DNA from: Abditibacterium sp.
GTDB taxonomy: Bacteria > Armatimonadota > Abditibacteriia > Abditibacteriales > Abditibacteriaceae
Length of the DNA: 64,000 nucleotides
Assembly: GCA_965246705.1 (NCBI GenBank)
Contig: CBDFFF010000001.1
Coordinates: 413,253-477,252, forward strand
Direction: 5' to 3'
Within the stretch, counting starts at the first letter, position 1; each line of letters opens with the position of its first letter. The position numbers and the translations under genes are program-made. Positions 20,543 through 29,129 of the stretch are shown here, in pieces. The notes under the pieces were generated by a model, which was not told the DNA's origin, searched no databases, and was given only the letters and a program-made list of their open reading frames with translations.

Positions 20543-21787
20543 AGTCGCGGGCGCTGGCACTTTTGTCGGCACAGGCGTTACTTGCGAAATAGGCGTCGCT
20601 TGCGAAGTCACAGCCCCGCGCGGCGTCCAACGCGGCAGGTCGAGCGCAACCAGATTCAATTCTGCCGCCTGTCGCTTAGTGCGTGCAAAATACACCATCG
20701 CCACGCGTGCCCTCGCCAACTTTTCGCTCCACTGGTCGTTGCCCAGCCGCAGTGTCAAATCCTCTCCGCCATCGGGTGCCTTCAGCTTCAATGTCGCGTC
20801 GCCATTCGCATCGAGTTCCATCGAACGAATTTGACCTAACCCGCCGCTGTTGCTGGGGGCGCTTTGGTCTTGAACCGCCTCCACGAGTTCCAGGGCGTCT
20901 TCCCATTTCTTGGAATCGAGTGGTTTCAGGGTTTGAATCGGCCCATTCCACGTCAGAGCGGGTAATTTCGCATCACGGTCATTAGCGCTGCGATACGGAT
21001 TTCCACTTTCATCGGCGACCCACCACGAAGTGCCATCGCCAATGCGCATGATGGGCTTGCGCTCGACAACGTGCAACTCGACATGGGGCGGCACATCGGT
21101 ACTCAATACGACCTGCGCACTCGCCACCGTTGGCAACCGCTCAATGCTTTGCACGGTAGCCCCTTTGGGAGCGCGAAATACGTTGTGTCCTATCAAACGC
21201 CGCGCGATAGGCACGACCAGAACGGGCGAAGTCGCGTGCAATCCGGTCACGCGCACGCTTTTGATATTCATTTGCGGCGCGAATAAGGCCGCCGCCCCGG
21301 CCCCGCCCATAATTGCAATTGCTGTAAACGCACCCAGGCGCTTCCAAAAGCGCTTACGCGAATCGCGAATACGTTCGAGCGTGGGCGAAACGACCTCCGA
21401 AGCCACATGCTCCGTGGGCGCAGCAACAATGGACTCCGCTGTGTCCTTTTTGTCCTGTATCTTCGAGCGCGAATGGGTGGCACGGCGCGGTGGCACATGA
21501 TGAGCCTCCCGCTCGAAACGATGGCGCTCGTGGCGCGCTTTGGCCCGCCGCCCTTGTATGGGTCGGGTAGGGGTATCGGGGCGAGCCGGATCGGGCAGAG
21601 GAACGAATGGGTCAGGAGCCGTTTCCGGCTCCGGGTCAACGGCATAGAGCGGATGAGTTCCGAATCGTTCTTCGGGTGATTGAAGGCGGCGTGACTGCGA
21701 TGAATTGGGCTGTGGTGACGGCCCGGACTGCGGCGAAGACGACATGGTTTGAGGATGCGATGCCCTGAATCGAGGCGACGCGTACAA
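20540..21787 (-). CDS. ftsQ: cell division protein FtsQ/DivIB
   Basis: Disordered N-terminus, single TM, POTRA domain (IKSVRVTG...LPTVASAQV...PHVELHVVERKP); position in the division cluster. Confidence 0.85.
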   Translation of the reverse strand: MYASPRFRASHPQTMSSSPQSGPSPQPNSSQSRRLQSPEERFGTHPLYAVDPEPETAPDPFVPLPDPARPDTPTRPIQGRRAKARHERHRFEREAHHVPPRRATHSRSKIQDKKDTAESIVAAPTEHVASEVVSPTLERIRDSRKRFWKRLGAFTAIAIMGGAGAAALFAPQMNIKSVRVTGLHATSPVLVVPIARRLIGHNVFRAPKGATVQSIERLPTVASAQVVLSTDVPPHVELHVVERKPIMRIGDGTSWWVADESGNPYRSANDRDAKLPALTWNGPIQTLKPLDSKKWEDALELVEAVQDQSAPSNSGGLGQIRSMELDANGDATLKLKAPDGGEDLTLRLGNDQWSEKLARARVAMVYFARTKRQAAELNLVALDLPRWTPRGAVTSQATPISQVTPVPTKVPAPAT

Positions 21788-21891
21788 AACGCCTTTTAAT
21801 TATTCCCCGTTTGACACGAGTTTGCCGCCTTTTTGGACGAGTTCTTCGTTTTAATTAGAGGGGAGGCCAGTCAAACTGGGGTTTTTATTCC

Positions 21892-22899
21892 ATGTTTCCC
21901 GACGTGAAAGGTTCGCCCCTCGCCGCCTTCGCCATATCTATCCTGGTCGCGCTCGTTTGCACGCTGCCCGTGCGCGCCCTCGCGTGGAAGGCTGGGGCGC
22001 TCTCAAATCCCGACGCGCGCCGCACGCAAAGTCAACCCGTCGCCCAGTGGGGCGGCTTGGCCGTCTTCATCGCGGTCCTGCTGGCAGCTATCGTTTGGCG
22101 CCAACCAGGGCCGCTCGATTTTCGCCAACTCGCCCCCTCTAAAGCCGCCGCCGGTACGGTCGGCCAGAACTTGCACCTCACCGCCACCTTCTTGGGTTGT
22201 GGCTTTCTGATGCTGCTTTTGGGCATGGCCGACGACAAATGGGAACTCTCGCCCATCTGGAAATTCGGTGGTCAATTCCTCATCGCCTCACTGGTATGGG
22301 CGCTCGGCGTAAAAATCACTACTCTCCCGTTTACATCGGGCACCTTCGTCCTCAGTTCCGGGGCATCCTACTTCCTCACCATGTTTTGGTTGCTGGGGCT
22401 TTCTAACGGCGTCAACCTCATAGATGGTGTGGACGGTCTCGCGGCGGGCGTGTGCGCTATTGCCGCCGGAAGCCTGTGCCTCATCGAAATTCCCAAGGCA
22501 CCCTGGGCCGCCGGAGCCAGTGCCGCCCTCTGCGGCGCATGTCTTGGCTTTCTTCGCTTCAACTTCCATCCCGCCAAAATTTACCTCGGCGACGCGGGCT
22601 CTCTCCTCATTGGTTTCTGGCTCGCGACTATCTCACTCGCCGCCGCCGCCAAAACCGCCGCCGCCACGACCCTTATTCTGCCCCTCGTCGTCATGGGCAT
22701 TCCCGTTCTCGATACCCTCTGGGCCGTCTGGCGCCGCACCCGCGCTCGTCAACCTTTCTGGCGTGCCGACCGGGGACACCTCCACCATCGTCTTCTCAAT
22801 CTCGGCCTCTCTCCCGTCAAAACGGTCCTGGTACTATACGCCTGTGGCATCGCCCTCGGCGGTGCCGCCTGGGTGTGGGCGCGCTGGGGCGGCGGATGA
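21892..22899 (+). CDS. wecA: undecaprenyl-phosphate alpha-GlcNAc-1-phosphate transferase (WecA/TagO, MraY family)
   Basis: GGLAVF, GMADD, NGVNLIDGVDGL, YLGDAGS and DRGHLHHRL motifs. Confidence 0.9.
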   Translation: MFPDVKGSPLAAFAISILVALVCTLPVRALAWKAGALSNPDARRTQSQPVAQWGGLAVFIAVLLAAIVWRQPGPLDFRQLAPSKAAAGTVGQNLHLTATFLGCGFLMLLLGMADDKWELSPIWKFGGQFLIASLVWALGVKITTLPFTSGTFVLSSGASYFLTMFWLLGLSNGVNLIDGVDGLAAGVCAIAAGSLCLIEIPKAPWAAGASAALCGACLGFLRFNFHPAKIYLGDAGSLLIGFWLATISLAAAAKTAAATTLILPLVVMGIPVLDTLWAVWRRTRARQPFWRADRGHLHHRLLNLGLSPVKTVLVLYACGIALGGAAWVWARWGGG

Positions 22900-23492
22900 A
22901 GCGTGCCCTCACGTTCCTCGCCACCCTCGCGATTTTAGGGCTCGTTCTCTATGTGGTTTCGGTAACGGGCGGTTTACCCGAACCCTGGGGCACTCGCGTT
23001 GGCCAGACCCTCTCCCACGCCGGCCATTTCATCTACCTTTTTTTGTGCGGCACATTTTTGCTGTTCGGCCCTCTTCGCCCCGGCGAATCACGAATTCTGC
23101 GTGGTCTCTGGACTCTGGGCGCCGTCATCTTCAACTTCGCCGTCGTCGAAGCCCTCAAACACCTTGTTTTCTGGCCCCGCCCCATTGATGTCGGCGAGAC
23201 CGCCACGACAGCCTCGCGTGGTTCGGGCTTCCCCTCCGGCCACACCGTCCCCGATTTCCTCTTCGCCGTTCTCGTTGGCACCCTCGAACCCCGCCTCCAA
23301 ATTCCCGCTCTTCTCATGGCTGGTTTGGTCGGTTATTCCCGTGCTGAAGTCACCGCCCACTTCCCAATCCAAGTCTGGCTGTCCGCCCTCATCGGAATTG
23401 TCATCGGAGTTCTCTGGACACAACTATGGTTCCGCCTCACAACAGCGCGGCAAAATCCAGAGACAAACCAGCCTCCCCTCGCCCGCCCGTAA
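22896..23492 (+). CDS. PAP2 family phosphatase
   Basis: K-x6-RP (KHLVFWPRP), FPSGH and SR-x5-H (SRAEVTAHF); ATGA overlap with wecA gives the real start at 22896. Confidence 0.85.
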   Translation: MKRALTFLATLAILGLVLYVVSVTGGLPEPWGTRVGQTLSHAGHFIYLFLCGTFLLFGPLRPGESRILRGLWTLGAVIFNFAVVEALKHLVFWPRPIDVGETATTASRGSGFPSGHTVPDFLFAVLVGTLEPRLQIPALLMAGLVGYSRAEVTAHFPIQVWLSALIGIVIGVLWTQLWFRLTTARQNPETNQPPLARP

Positions 23493-23556
23493 CCCATAGA
23501 GACGTGCCTTGGCGCGTCTTATATGCAACTCGAAAGAAGACTTCATGTTGCGTTAA

Positions 23557-23611
23557 GCCCGTGAGGGCGTCGGGCCGAAGGTCTCCCAGACGGGGCGTTT
23601 TTGCCCCGGAT
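23557..23611. repeat. dispersed ~55-bp palindromic repeat
   Basis: GCCCGTGAGGGCGTCGGGCCGAAGGTCTCCCAGACGGGGCGTTTTTGCCCCGGA; reverse-complement copy at about 53307-53361. Confidence 0.7.
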
Positions 23612-23696
23612 ACAAAGCGCCTCTTCCCCGACCTACACACATGCCTCTTCCCCGCCAAGCAACCGCATGAATGGCACAGGCGTCTGAAGTCGCGCC

Positions 23697-24767
23697 ATGT
23701 CGGGACGTGTTTTAATGGCGATGAGCGGCGGAGTAGATTCCAGCGTCGCCGCCGCCTTGTTAGTTGAAGAGGGTTACGAGGTCGTCGGCGCGACGATGAA
23801 GTTATGGGCGGGCGAGGACGATCCCTTCGCCGCGCACCGTTTTGGCGGTTGTTGCACGGTCGGCTCCTCCGAAGACGCGCGCCGCGTCGCGCATCTGCTC
23901 GACATCCCCTACTACGTTCTCAACCTCCAGGACGAGTTCCACGCGCGCGTCGTCGATAACTTCGTCGCGACTTATGCGGCGGGCGAAACCCCTAACCCCT
24001 GCGCTCGTTGCAATGAGTGGATTAAATTCCGCGCTTTCATCGAGCGCGCCGACGAACTCGACTGCGAATTCATCGCCACCGGCCACTACGCCCGCGTCGA
24101 GCGTGACGAGGATGGCACCGCCCATCTCCTACGCGGCTTCGACACCCGCAAGGACCAGTCGTATGTCCTGGGAATGCTCACCCAACGCGAACTGCGCCGC
24201 GTCCTGCTCCCCATCGGCGGCATCGAAAAGTCAGAAACCCGCCAGATCGCCGCCAAGCTCGGCATGGCCGTCGCCACCAAGCCCGATTCACAGGAAATCT
24301 GTTTCGTCGAAGATGGCGACTACGCCCGCTTCGTCATCGAGCGCGCCCCGCAAATGGCCCTGTCCGGCCCCATCGTGGATACCAGTGGCACCAAGCTAGG
24401 CGAACATCACGGATTGGCCCACTACACCGTCGGCCAGCGCAAGGGACTCGGCATCGCCGCTCCCCAGCCCCTGTTCGTCTCCAAAATAGACACTGCCACC
24501 AACACCCTCGTCGTCGGCCCCCGCGAAGGTTTGGCCCACGCGGGCCTCAGCGCCTACGGCGCCACTTGGACACAGGCTATTCCCGCCGTTGGCACCAAGT
24601 TGGGCGCCCAACTCCGCTCCCACGCCCGCGCCCACGAGGGCACCGTCATCCGCGGCGACGCAGAGGGTTTCGAGTTCCAATTCGACGCCCCCACCGGAGT
24701 CACCCCCGGCCAAATGTGCGTCCTCTACGAAAACGACGAAGTCCGAGGCGCAGGTACGCTTAATTGA
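23697..24767 (+). CDS. mnmA: tRNA 2-thiouridine(34) synthase
   Basis: AMSGGVDSS, TPNPCARCN, ATGHYAR, KDQSY, KPDSQEICF, YTVGQRKGLG and VTPGQ motifs. Confidence 0.97.
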   Translation: MSGRVLMAMSGGVDSSVAAALLVEEGYEVVGATMKLWAGEDDPFAAHRFGGCCTVGSSEDARRVAHLLDIPYYVLNLQDEFHARVVDNFVATYAAGETPNPCARCNEWIKFRAFIERADELDCEFIATGHYARVERDEDGTAHLLRGFDTRKDQSYVLGMLTQRELRRVLLPIGGIEKSETRQIAAKLGMAVATKPDSQEICFVEDGDYARFVIERAPQMALSGPIVDTSGTKLGEHHGLAHYTVGQRKGLGIAAPQPLFVSKIDTATNTLVVGPREGLAHAGLSAYGATWTQAIPAVGTKLGAQLRSHARAHEGTVIRGDAEGFEFQFDAPTGVTPGQMCVLYENDEVRGAGTLN

Positions 24768-24775
24768 GGCAATTT

Positions 24776-24855
24776 GGGAGCGCAGGCTTCCAGCCTGCAT
24801 TTTGCTGATTGTGTGGGGCACGGGTGCCTTTTCGGGGCGCGGGCGTCCCGCCCGC
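24776..24855. repeat. pair of REP-like palindromes (same two families as 2453-2558, order swapped)
   Basis: GGGAGCGCAGGCTTCCAGCCTGC and GGGGCGCGGGCGTCCCGCCCGC. Confidence 0.75.
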
Positions 24856-25048
24856 ATTTTCTCCTTCCACTATCTCTATTCTCGCCATTGATATTATTCC
24901 TCCGATGGCTTTAAGGAGTGCATGTCTTTGCTTCTGTGCCCAGCCCGCGCAGGCGGGCTGTTAACGCGAAGCGTTGCGTAGCCCCGGCTTTAGTCGGGGG
25001 ACTTGCATCCTCAGTCGAGGAATACCTTCTGTTAGACGCAAAGCATTT

Positions 25049-25441
25049 ATGCCCGAATCGCCCTCGTCTCCAATGAACCCCAACCGCGCCCGCGACCATC
25101 TCGCCAACGAGCGCACTTTCCTGGCATGGATGCGAACTTCTCTCGCCTTGCTGGGTTTCGGTGCGGTATTGGTACGCTTGCGTTTCCTGCTCCCCGCCGA
25201 CTTACAAGGCCATACCCACGGCTCCCAATTGGGTCTCGCCTTCGGTGTGGCGGGCCTCTTACTGGTCCCACTTTCGCTCGCCCAGTTACTCAGTCGCCGC
25301 CGCTCCATCGACCGCGACACCTTCGAGTCGGGAATAGCTCTCGCGCTCATTTTCAGCGCCGCCGTCTTCCTGCTCGGCATCGCCGTCTTAGGTTTTGTCT
25401 TCGCCACTCCAACCCAACCTCTGCCAATCAAAACTCCCTGA
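25049..25441 (+). CDS. DUF202 (YidH-like) membrane protein
   Basis: RDHLANERTFLAWMRTSLAL signature; three TM segments. Confidence 0.9.
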   Translation: MPESPSSPMNPNRARDHLANERTFLAWMRTSLALLGFGAVLVRLRFLLPADLQGHTHGSQLGLAFGVAGLLLVPLSLAQLLSRRRSIDRDTFESGIALALIFSAAVFLLGIAVLGFVFATPTQPLPIKTP

Positions 25442-25526
25442 GAGGAAGCCGTGTCGGGGTGCCCTCTGGGCCTGGACACCTGGGCCGAAGGCCCGGATGC
25501 TGGACATTTTACATGTCCGGTTATTG

Positions 25527-25952
25527 CGCGAAAAACTCTATTTTTGTTACTTATACCGTTACATAGTTTTCGAGTATCATAGAGGAACAGGAGCTTTTTG
25601 ACTCCTTTCCCTCGCCCATGTCCCACTCTCTCGCTCTCATCCATTTTTCATCTGTGTCCCATCCGAATTCACCTGTGGGCAAAATTCCCTCTCCCGCTTG
25701 CGGTGGTCGCCTGGCAACACCAAGGCAGTGGAGGGGTGGGGGCGCAAACTTTGAATAGTCAATCCCACGGCATTTCACGCGTGAATCTCCTCTGATTTTT
25801 CGCGATTTTGCCCAACAATCAATCTTTTCAATCTTTTTTCACGCTCAAAGCGAATTGAAAAAGATTGAATTCGCCCCCAAAACACCCCATTTTCAGGCGA
25901 ATTCAATTCCTTTCTTTCTGCTCTTCTCCCTCTCTCCTCCTCTTCTCTTCTG
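25527..25952 (+). repeat. ~400-bp non-coding dispersed element, copy 1 (with ~60-bp internal insert)
   Basis: Reverse complement of about 42713-43098; long near-identical blocks, e.g. 25531-25617 and 25780-25870. Confidence 0.9.
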
Positions 25953-26022
25953 ACTGTTGGCCTCTCATTAAGAAAAAGGTGCGACTTTTCGCTTCTCTCA
26001 ACCATCTTGTATAGAGGCCAAA

Positions 26023-27096
26023 ATGGGGGATTTAAAGCCGCGTCAGAAGGCAATTCTGGCCGCCGTCATCGAAAAATACGTTCGCACCGCCGAACCAGTT
26101 GGCTCGGCGCACCTGGCTAGCGACCCGTTTTTGGGCGCGCAGTTCGGCGCTTTGTCGGGCGCGACGGTTCGTAACGAACTCGCAGAACTCGAAGCACTCG
26201 GTTTTCTGGCGCAGCCCCACACCTCCGCTGGGCGCATTCCCACCGACGTGGGCTACCGCTTCTACGTGCGCGAAATGCTCCAACCGCGCGAGGTTTCGGC
26301 GCAGGAACATACCCAGCTCGAACGCATCGCGCCTCCTGCCGCCTCCGTCGAAGATGCTCTGCGCGAGGCCGTTCTGGTACTCACCAAGCTCACGGGCTAT
26401 CCTGCCGTCGCCTCGCTTCCCAACGCGAGGGGAGATCAGGTGCAGTGGCTCCAACTCAATCCAGTCGCTCTCCGGCGTCTGGTTCTGGTTCTTGTCACCG
26501 CGCAGGGCCGCATCGAGCATCGCCTCTTCGATGTCGGCGACGAAGTCCCGACCAGCCGACTGGAAACCGTTGTGCGCTTCTTAAATGAAACGCTTGGTGG
26601 CCAGTCGCTTTCCAAAGCGCGCTCTCTCGATTTCTCGCTCGTCTCGGCGGGCCTCCACGACGACGCAACTCTTAAACTCGCGCGTCGGGCCTGGGAAATG
26701 GTGCGCGACTCCGTCGCCGACATCAGCGACGAGAAAATTGTCGTGCAAGGCCTCATCACCCTGCTCGATCAGCCCGAATTTGCTCATATCGGTCAAGCGC
26801 GCGCTGCCATGCGTCTCCTCGAAGACGAAGCGGCTCTCGCCGACCTCATTAAAAATAGCTCTTTGAACACGCAAAACCTCGCACGGACGCGGTCGGTCTC
26901 CATCGGGGGCGACCTCGTGGCTCCCGATCACCCCGCTGCCAAAGGCTTCTCTTTCGTCGGTGTCTCCTACGGCGCGGGCGACGAAATCTTTGGCGCTCTC
27001 GGCGTGCTTGGCCCCGCGCGTATGCGCTACGCCGATGCGCTGGCCCTTGTGCCCGCCCTCGCCGCGCGTTTGCAACTCACACTGGAATCGTTTTGA
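26023..27096 (+). CDS. hrcA: heat-inducible transcription repressor
   Basis: RQKAILAAVIEKYVRTAEPVGS, SGATVRNELAELEALGFLAQPHTSAGRIPTDVGYRFYV and GVLGPARMRY. Confidence 0.97.
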   Translation: MGDLKPRQKAILAAVIEKYVRTAEPVGSAHLASDPFLGAQFGALSGATVRNELAELEALGFLAQPHTSAGRIPTDVGYRFYVREMLQPREVSAQEHTQLERIAPPAASVEDALREAVLVLTKLTGYPAVASLPNARGDQVQWLQLNPVALRRLVLVLVTAQGRIEHRLFDVGDEVPTSRLETVVRFLNETLGGQSLSKARSLDFSLVSAGLHDDATLKLARRAWEMVRDSVADISDEKIVVQGLITLLDQPEFAHIGQARAAMRLLEDEAALADLIKNSSLNTQNLARTRSVSIGGDLVAPDHPAAKGFSFVGVSYGAGDEIFGALGVLGPARMRYADALALVPALAARLQLTLESF

Positions 27097-27638
27097 ACAT
27101 GAACCAATCTGTTGAAGATCGCAATCTCTACCAAGAATCGCTCGACTCCGAAGCTCAGGCATACGGAGGCGTAGCCGAAAATAGTTCCTTGCAAGCGGGC
27201 GACGAAACGGCACAGCAACTTGCTGAAGCCCAGTCGCAGCTCGCGTATCTGGCTGCCGAATTCGAGAACTACAAGCGCCAAACGGCGCGCCGCATCGAAG
27301 AAGAACGCTTCCGCGCCCAGCGCCGTCTGCTCGACGACTTGCTGCCCGCTCTCGATAACTTCTCGCTTGCCCAGCAGTACGCGGGACAGGCGCAAGATGT
27401 CAACACCATCAAAATCGGCCTCGATTTCGTCGCCCAGCAAATGGAAACCGCCCTCCAAAACGCCGGACTCGAAACCATCGCCGCCAAAGGCCACCCCTTC
27501 GACCCCACCTTGCACGAAGCCATCGAAGAAGTCGATGTCCCCGGCGTTCAAAGTGGCACCGTCGTAGAAGAAGCCAAACGCGGCTACCGCTTCGCCGGTC
27601 AGGTCTTACGCACAAGCGTGGTGAAAGTCGCAAAATAA
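27093..27638 (+). CDS. grpE: nucleotide exchange factor GrpE
   Basis: AEFENYKRQT, LLPALDNF, FDPTLHEA and GYRFAGQVLRTSVVKV. Confidence 0.96.
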   Translation: MNMNQSVEDRNLYQESLDSEAQAYGGVAENSSLQAGDETAQQLAEAQSQLAYLAAEFENYKRQTARRIEEERFRAQRRLLDDLLPALDNFSLAQQYAGQAQDVNTIKIGLDFVAQQMETALQNAGLETIAAKGHPFDPTLHEAIEEVDVPGVQSGTVVEEAKRGYRFAGQVLRTSVVKVAK

Positions 27639-27639
27639 G

Positions 27640-27772
27640 CTGGAGGTTAGAGGTTAGAGGCTAGAAACCAGAGGCTGGAGTGCCAGAAGAGAGATAAATC
27701 AACCTAGCGTTGTCTCTCCTAACTCCGAATTCTTATTTCTAACCTCTAACCTCTAGCTTCTAGTCTCTACCC
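27640..27772. repeat. inverted heptamer tandem repeats (AGAGGTT / AACCTCT) forming a long hairpin
   Basis: GGAGGTTAGAGGTTAGAGGCTAGAA ... TTCTAACCTCTAACCTCTAGCTTCTAG; related tract at 12839-12871. Confidence 0.7.
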
Positions 27773-27775
27773 GTC

Positions 27776-28927
27776 ATGGCCAGAGATTACTACGAGGTTT
27801 TAGGCGTCCAAAAAACGGCGAGCGCCGATGAAATTCGCCGCGCCTACCGCAAGTTGGCGCGCGAACACCATCCCGACGTTAACCCCAACAACAAAACAGA
27901 GGCCGAAGCCCGCTTCAAAGAAGTTGGCGAAGCCTACAACGTCCTCAGCGACGACGATAAGCGCGCCCGCTACGACCGTTTTGGCCCCGAAGGTGTGGGC
28001 GGTCCTGCCGGTGGCCCCGGCGTCGATTTTGGCGGTATGGGGGGCGGTGGTCTCGGCGACCTCTTCGAGGTCTTTTTCGGCGGCGCTGCCGGGGGCGGCT
28101 CCCGCGCCCGCGAAGACCTGCGGCGCGGTTCCGACCTTCGTATCGACGTTTCGATGAGCCTCGAAGAGTGCTGGTCGGGCGTTACCAAAGAGCTGCGCGT
28201 CCCCTGCCTCTTGACCTGCAAAACCTGCACGGGCAGTGGCTCGGCACCCGGTACCACGCCCGAAACCTGCGTGCAGTGCGCGGGCAGTGGCCGCATCCGC
28301 GAAGTCCGTCAAACCTTCTTCGGACAGTTCGTCCAGGAGGCTCCCTGTCCTCGCTGTTCCGGTCGGGGTCGCATCATCACCAACCCCTGTCCCACCTGCA
28401 AAGGCGAGGGCCGCACACGCAGCGAACGCAACGTCACCGTTTCCATTCCTCCCGGCGTGGATGAAGGCGACCGCGTCCGCATCGTCGGTGCCGGCGAAGA
28501 TGGACAGCAAAGCTCTCCGCCAGGCGATCTGTATTGCTTCATCTATGTCGAACCCAGCGACCAGTTCGCGCGCCGTGATAACGATGTACTCTACGTCGTC
28601 AATCTCTCGTTCGCGCAAGCGGCTCTGGGCGATAGCATTTCCGTCCCCACCCTCGAAATGAACGGAGAGGAGCGCGTCGAACACCAACTGTCCATTCCTT
28701 CTGGAACGCAAAACGGCTCGACGTTCAAAATCAGTGGCAAAGGCTTTACCACGCGCGGCGGCTATCGCGGCGATCAAATCTGCGTTGCCCGCGTCGTCGT
28801 TCCCAAAAAGCTCACCGACCGCCAGAAGGAATTGCTGCGCGAATTCGCCCAAACCGAAGACCAACACGTCGAAGAACACCCACGCGGCTTCTTCGACCGC
28901 CTCAAAGACGCCATCGGCTTGGACTAA
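27776..28927 (+). CDS. dnaJ: molecular chaperone DnaJ
   Basis: J domain with HPD; four CxxCxGxG zinc-finger repeats; C-terminal domain. Confidence 0.98.
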   Translation: MARDYYEVLGVQKTASADEIRRAYRKLAREHHPDVNPNNKTEAEARFKEVGEAYNVLSDDDKRARYDRFGPEGVGGPAGGPGVDFGGMGGGGLGDLFEVFFGGAAGGGSRAREDLRRGSDLRIDVSMSLEECWSGVTKELRVPCLLTCKTCTGSGSAPGTTPETCVQCAGSGRIREVRQTFFGQFVQEAPCPRCSGRGRIITNPCPTCKGEGRTRSERNVTVSIPPGVDEGDRVRIVGAGEDGQQSSPPGDLYCFIYVEPSDQFARRDNDVLYVVNLSFAQAALGDSISVPTLEMNGEERVEHQLSIPSGTQNGSTFKISGKGFTTRGGYRGDQICVARVVVPKKLTDRQKELLREFAQTEDQHVEEHPRGFFDRLKDAIGLD

Positions 28928-28931
28928 CGAC

Positions 28932-28963
28932 AAAGGGCCGCTTCATTATGAAGCGGCCCTCTT
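28932..28963. terminator. bidirectional terminator between dnaJ and the tRNA cluster
   Basis: AAAGGGCCGCTTCAT-T-ATGAAGCGGCCCTCTT. Confidence 0.75.
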
Positions 28964-28968
28964 AATTC

Positions 28969-29043
28969 TGTCCATAGAGGGACTCGAGCCCCCAACATCG
29001 ACGGTCTAAACGTCGCGCCTCTGCCAGATTGGGCTATATGGAC
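28969..29043 (-). tRNA. tRNA-Leu(TAG), short variable loop, T54>C
   Basis: GTCCATA/TATGGAC acceptor; D arm GCC..GGC; CGACG-TTTAGAC-CGTCG anticodon arm; 5-nt variable loop; GGGGG-CTCGAGT-CCCTC T arm; A73; no CCA. Confidence 0.8.
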
Positions 29044-29047
29044 GAAC

Positions 29048-29120
29048 TGTGCGCGAAGGGAGTCCTCTCTTACTCTGTTGGTTTTAAATCAACTGTCTCT
29101 GCCAGTTGGACTACGCGCAC
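29048..29120 (-). tRNA. tRNA-Leu(TAA)-like, short variable loop, T-loop motif replaced (possible pseudo-tRNA)
   Basis: GTGCGCG/CGCGCAC acceptor; GTC..GAC D stem; GTTGA-TTTAAAA-CCAAC; T arm reads AAG-AGAG-GACT-CCCTT instead of AAG-GGTTC-GACT-CCCTT. Confidence 0.65.
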
Positions 29121-29129
29121 AAGTTGTAC

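Noticed and set aside
22452-22895. N-terminal 148 aa of the 346-aa ORF
   Set aside because: It is an off-frame overlap with wecA; the PAP2 gene starts at the ATGA junction at 22896.
25775-26053. Small protein family shared with ORF 42531-42965 (QSFSIRxEREKRLKRLIVGQNREKS)
   Set aside because: The similarity comes from the DNA repeat; the frames start and stop differently in the two copies and overlap real genes.
27640-27772. CRISPR array
   Set aside because: These are 7-nt tandem units without spacers; no regularly spaced 25-40-nt repeats or cas genes were seen in the window.
29000-29015. Plus-strand TCTAAA resembling an amber-suppressor or pyrrolysine anticodon loop
   Set aside because: The D and T arms place the tRNA on the minus strand, where the anticodon is TAG (Leu).
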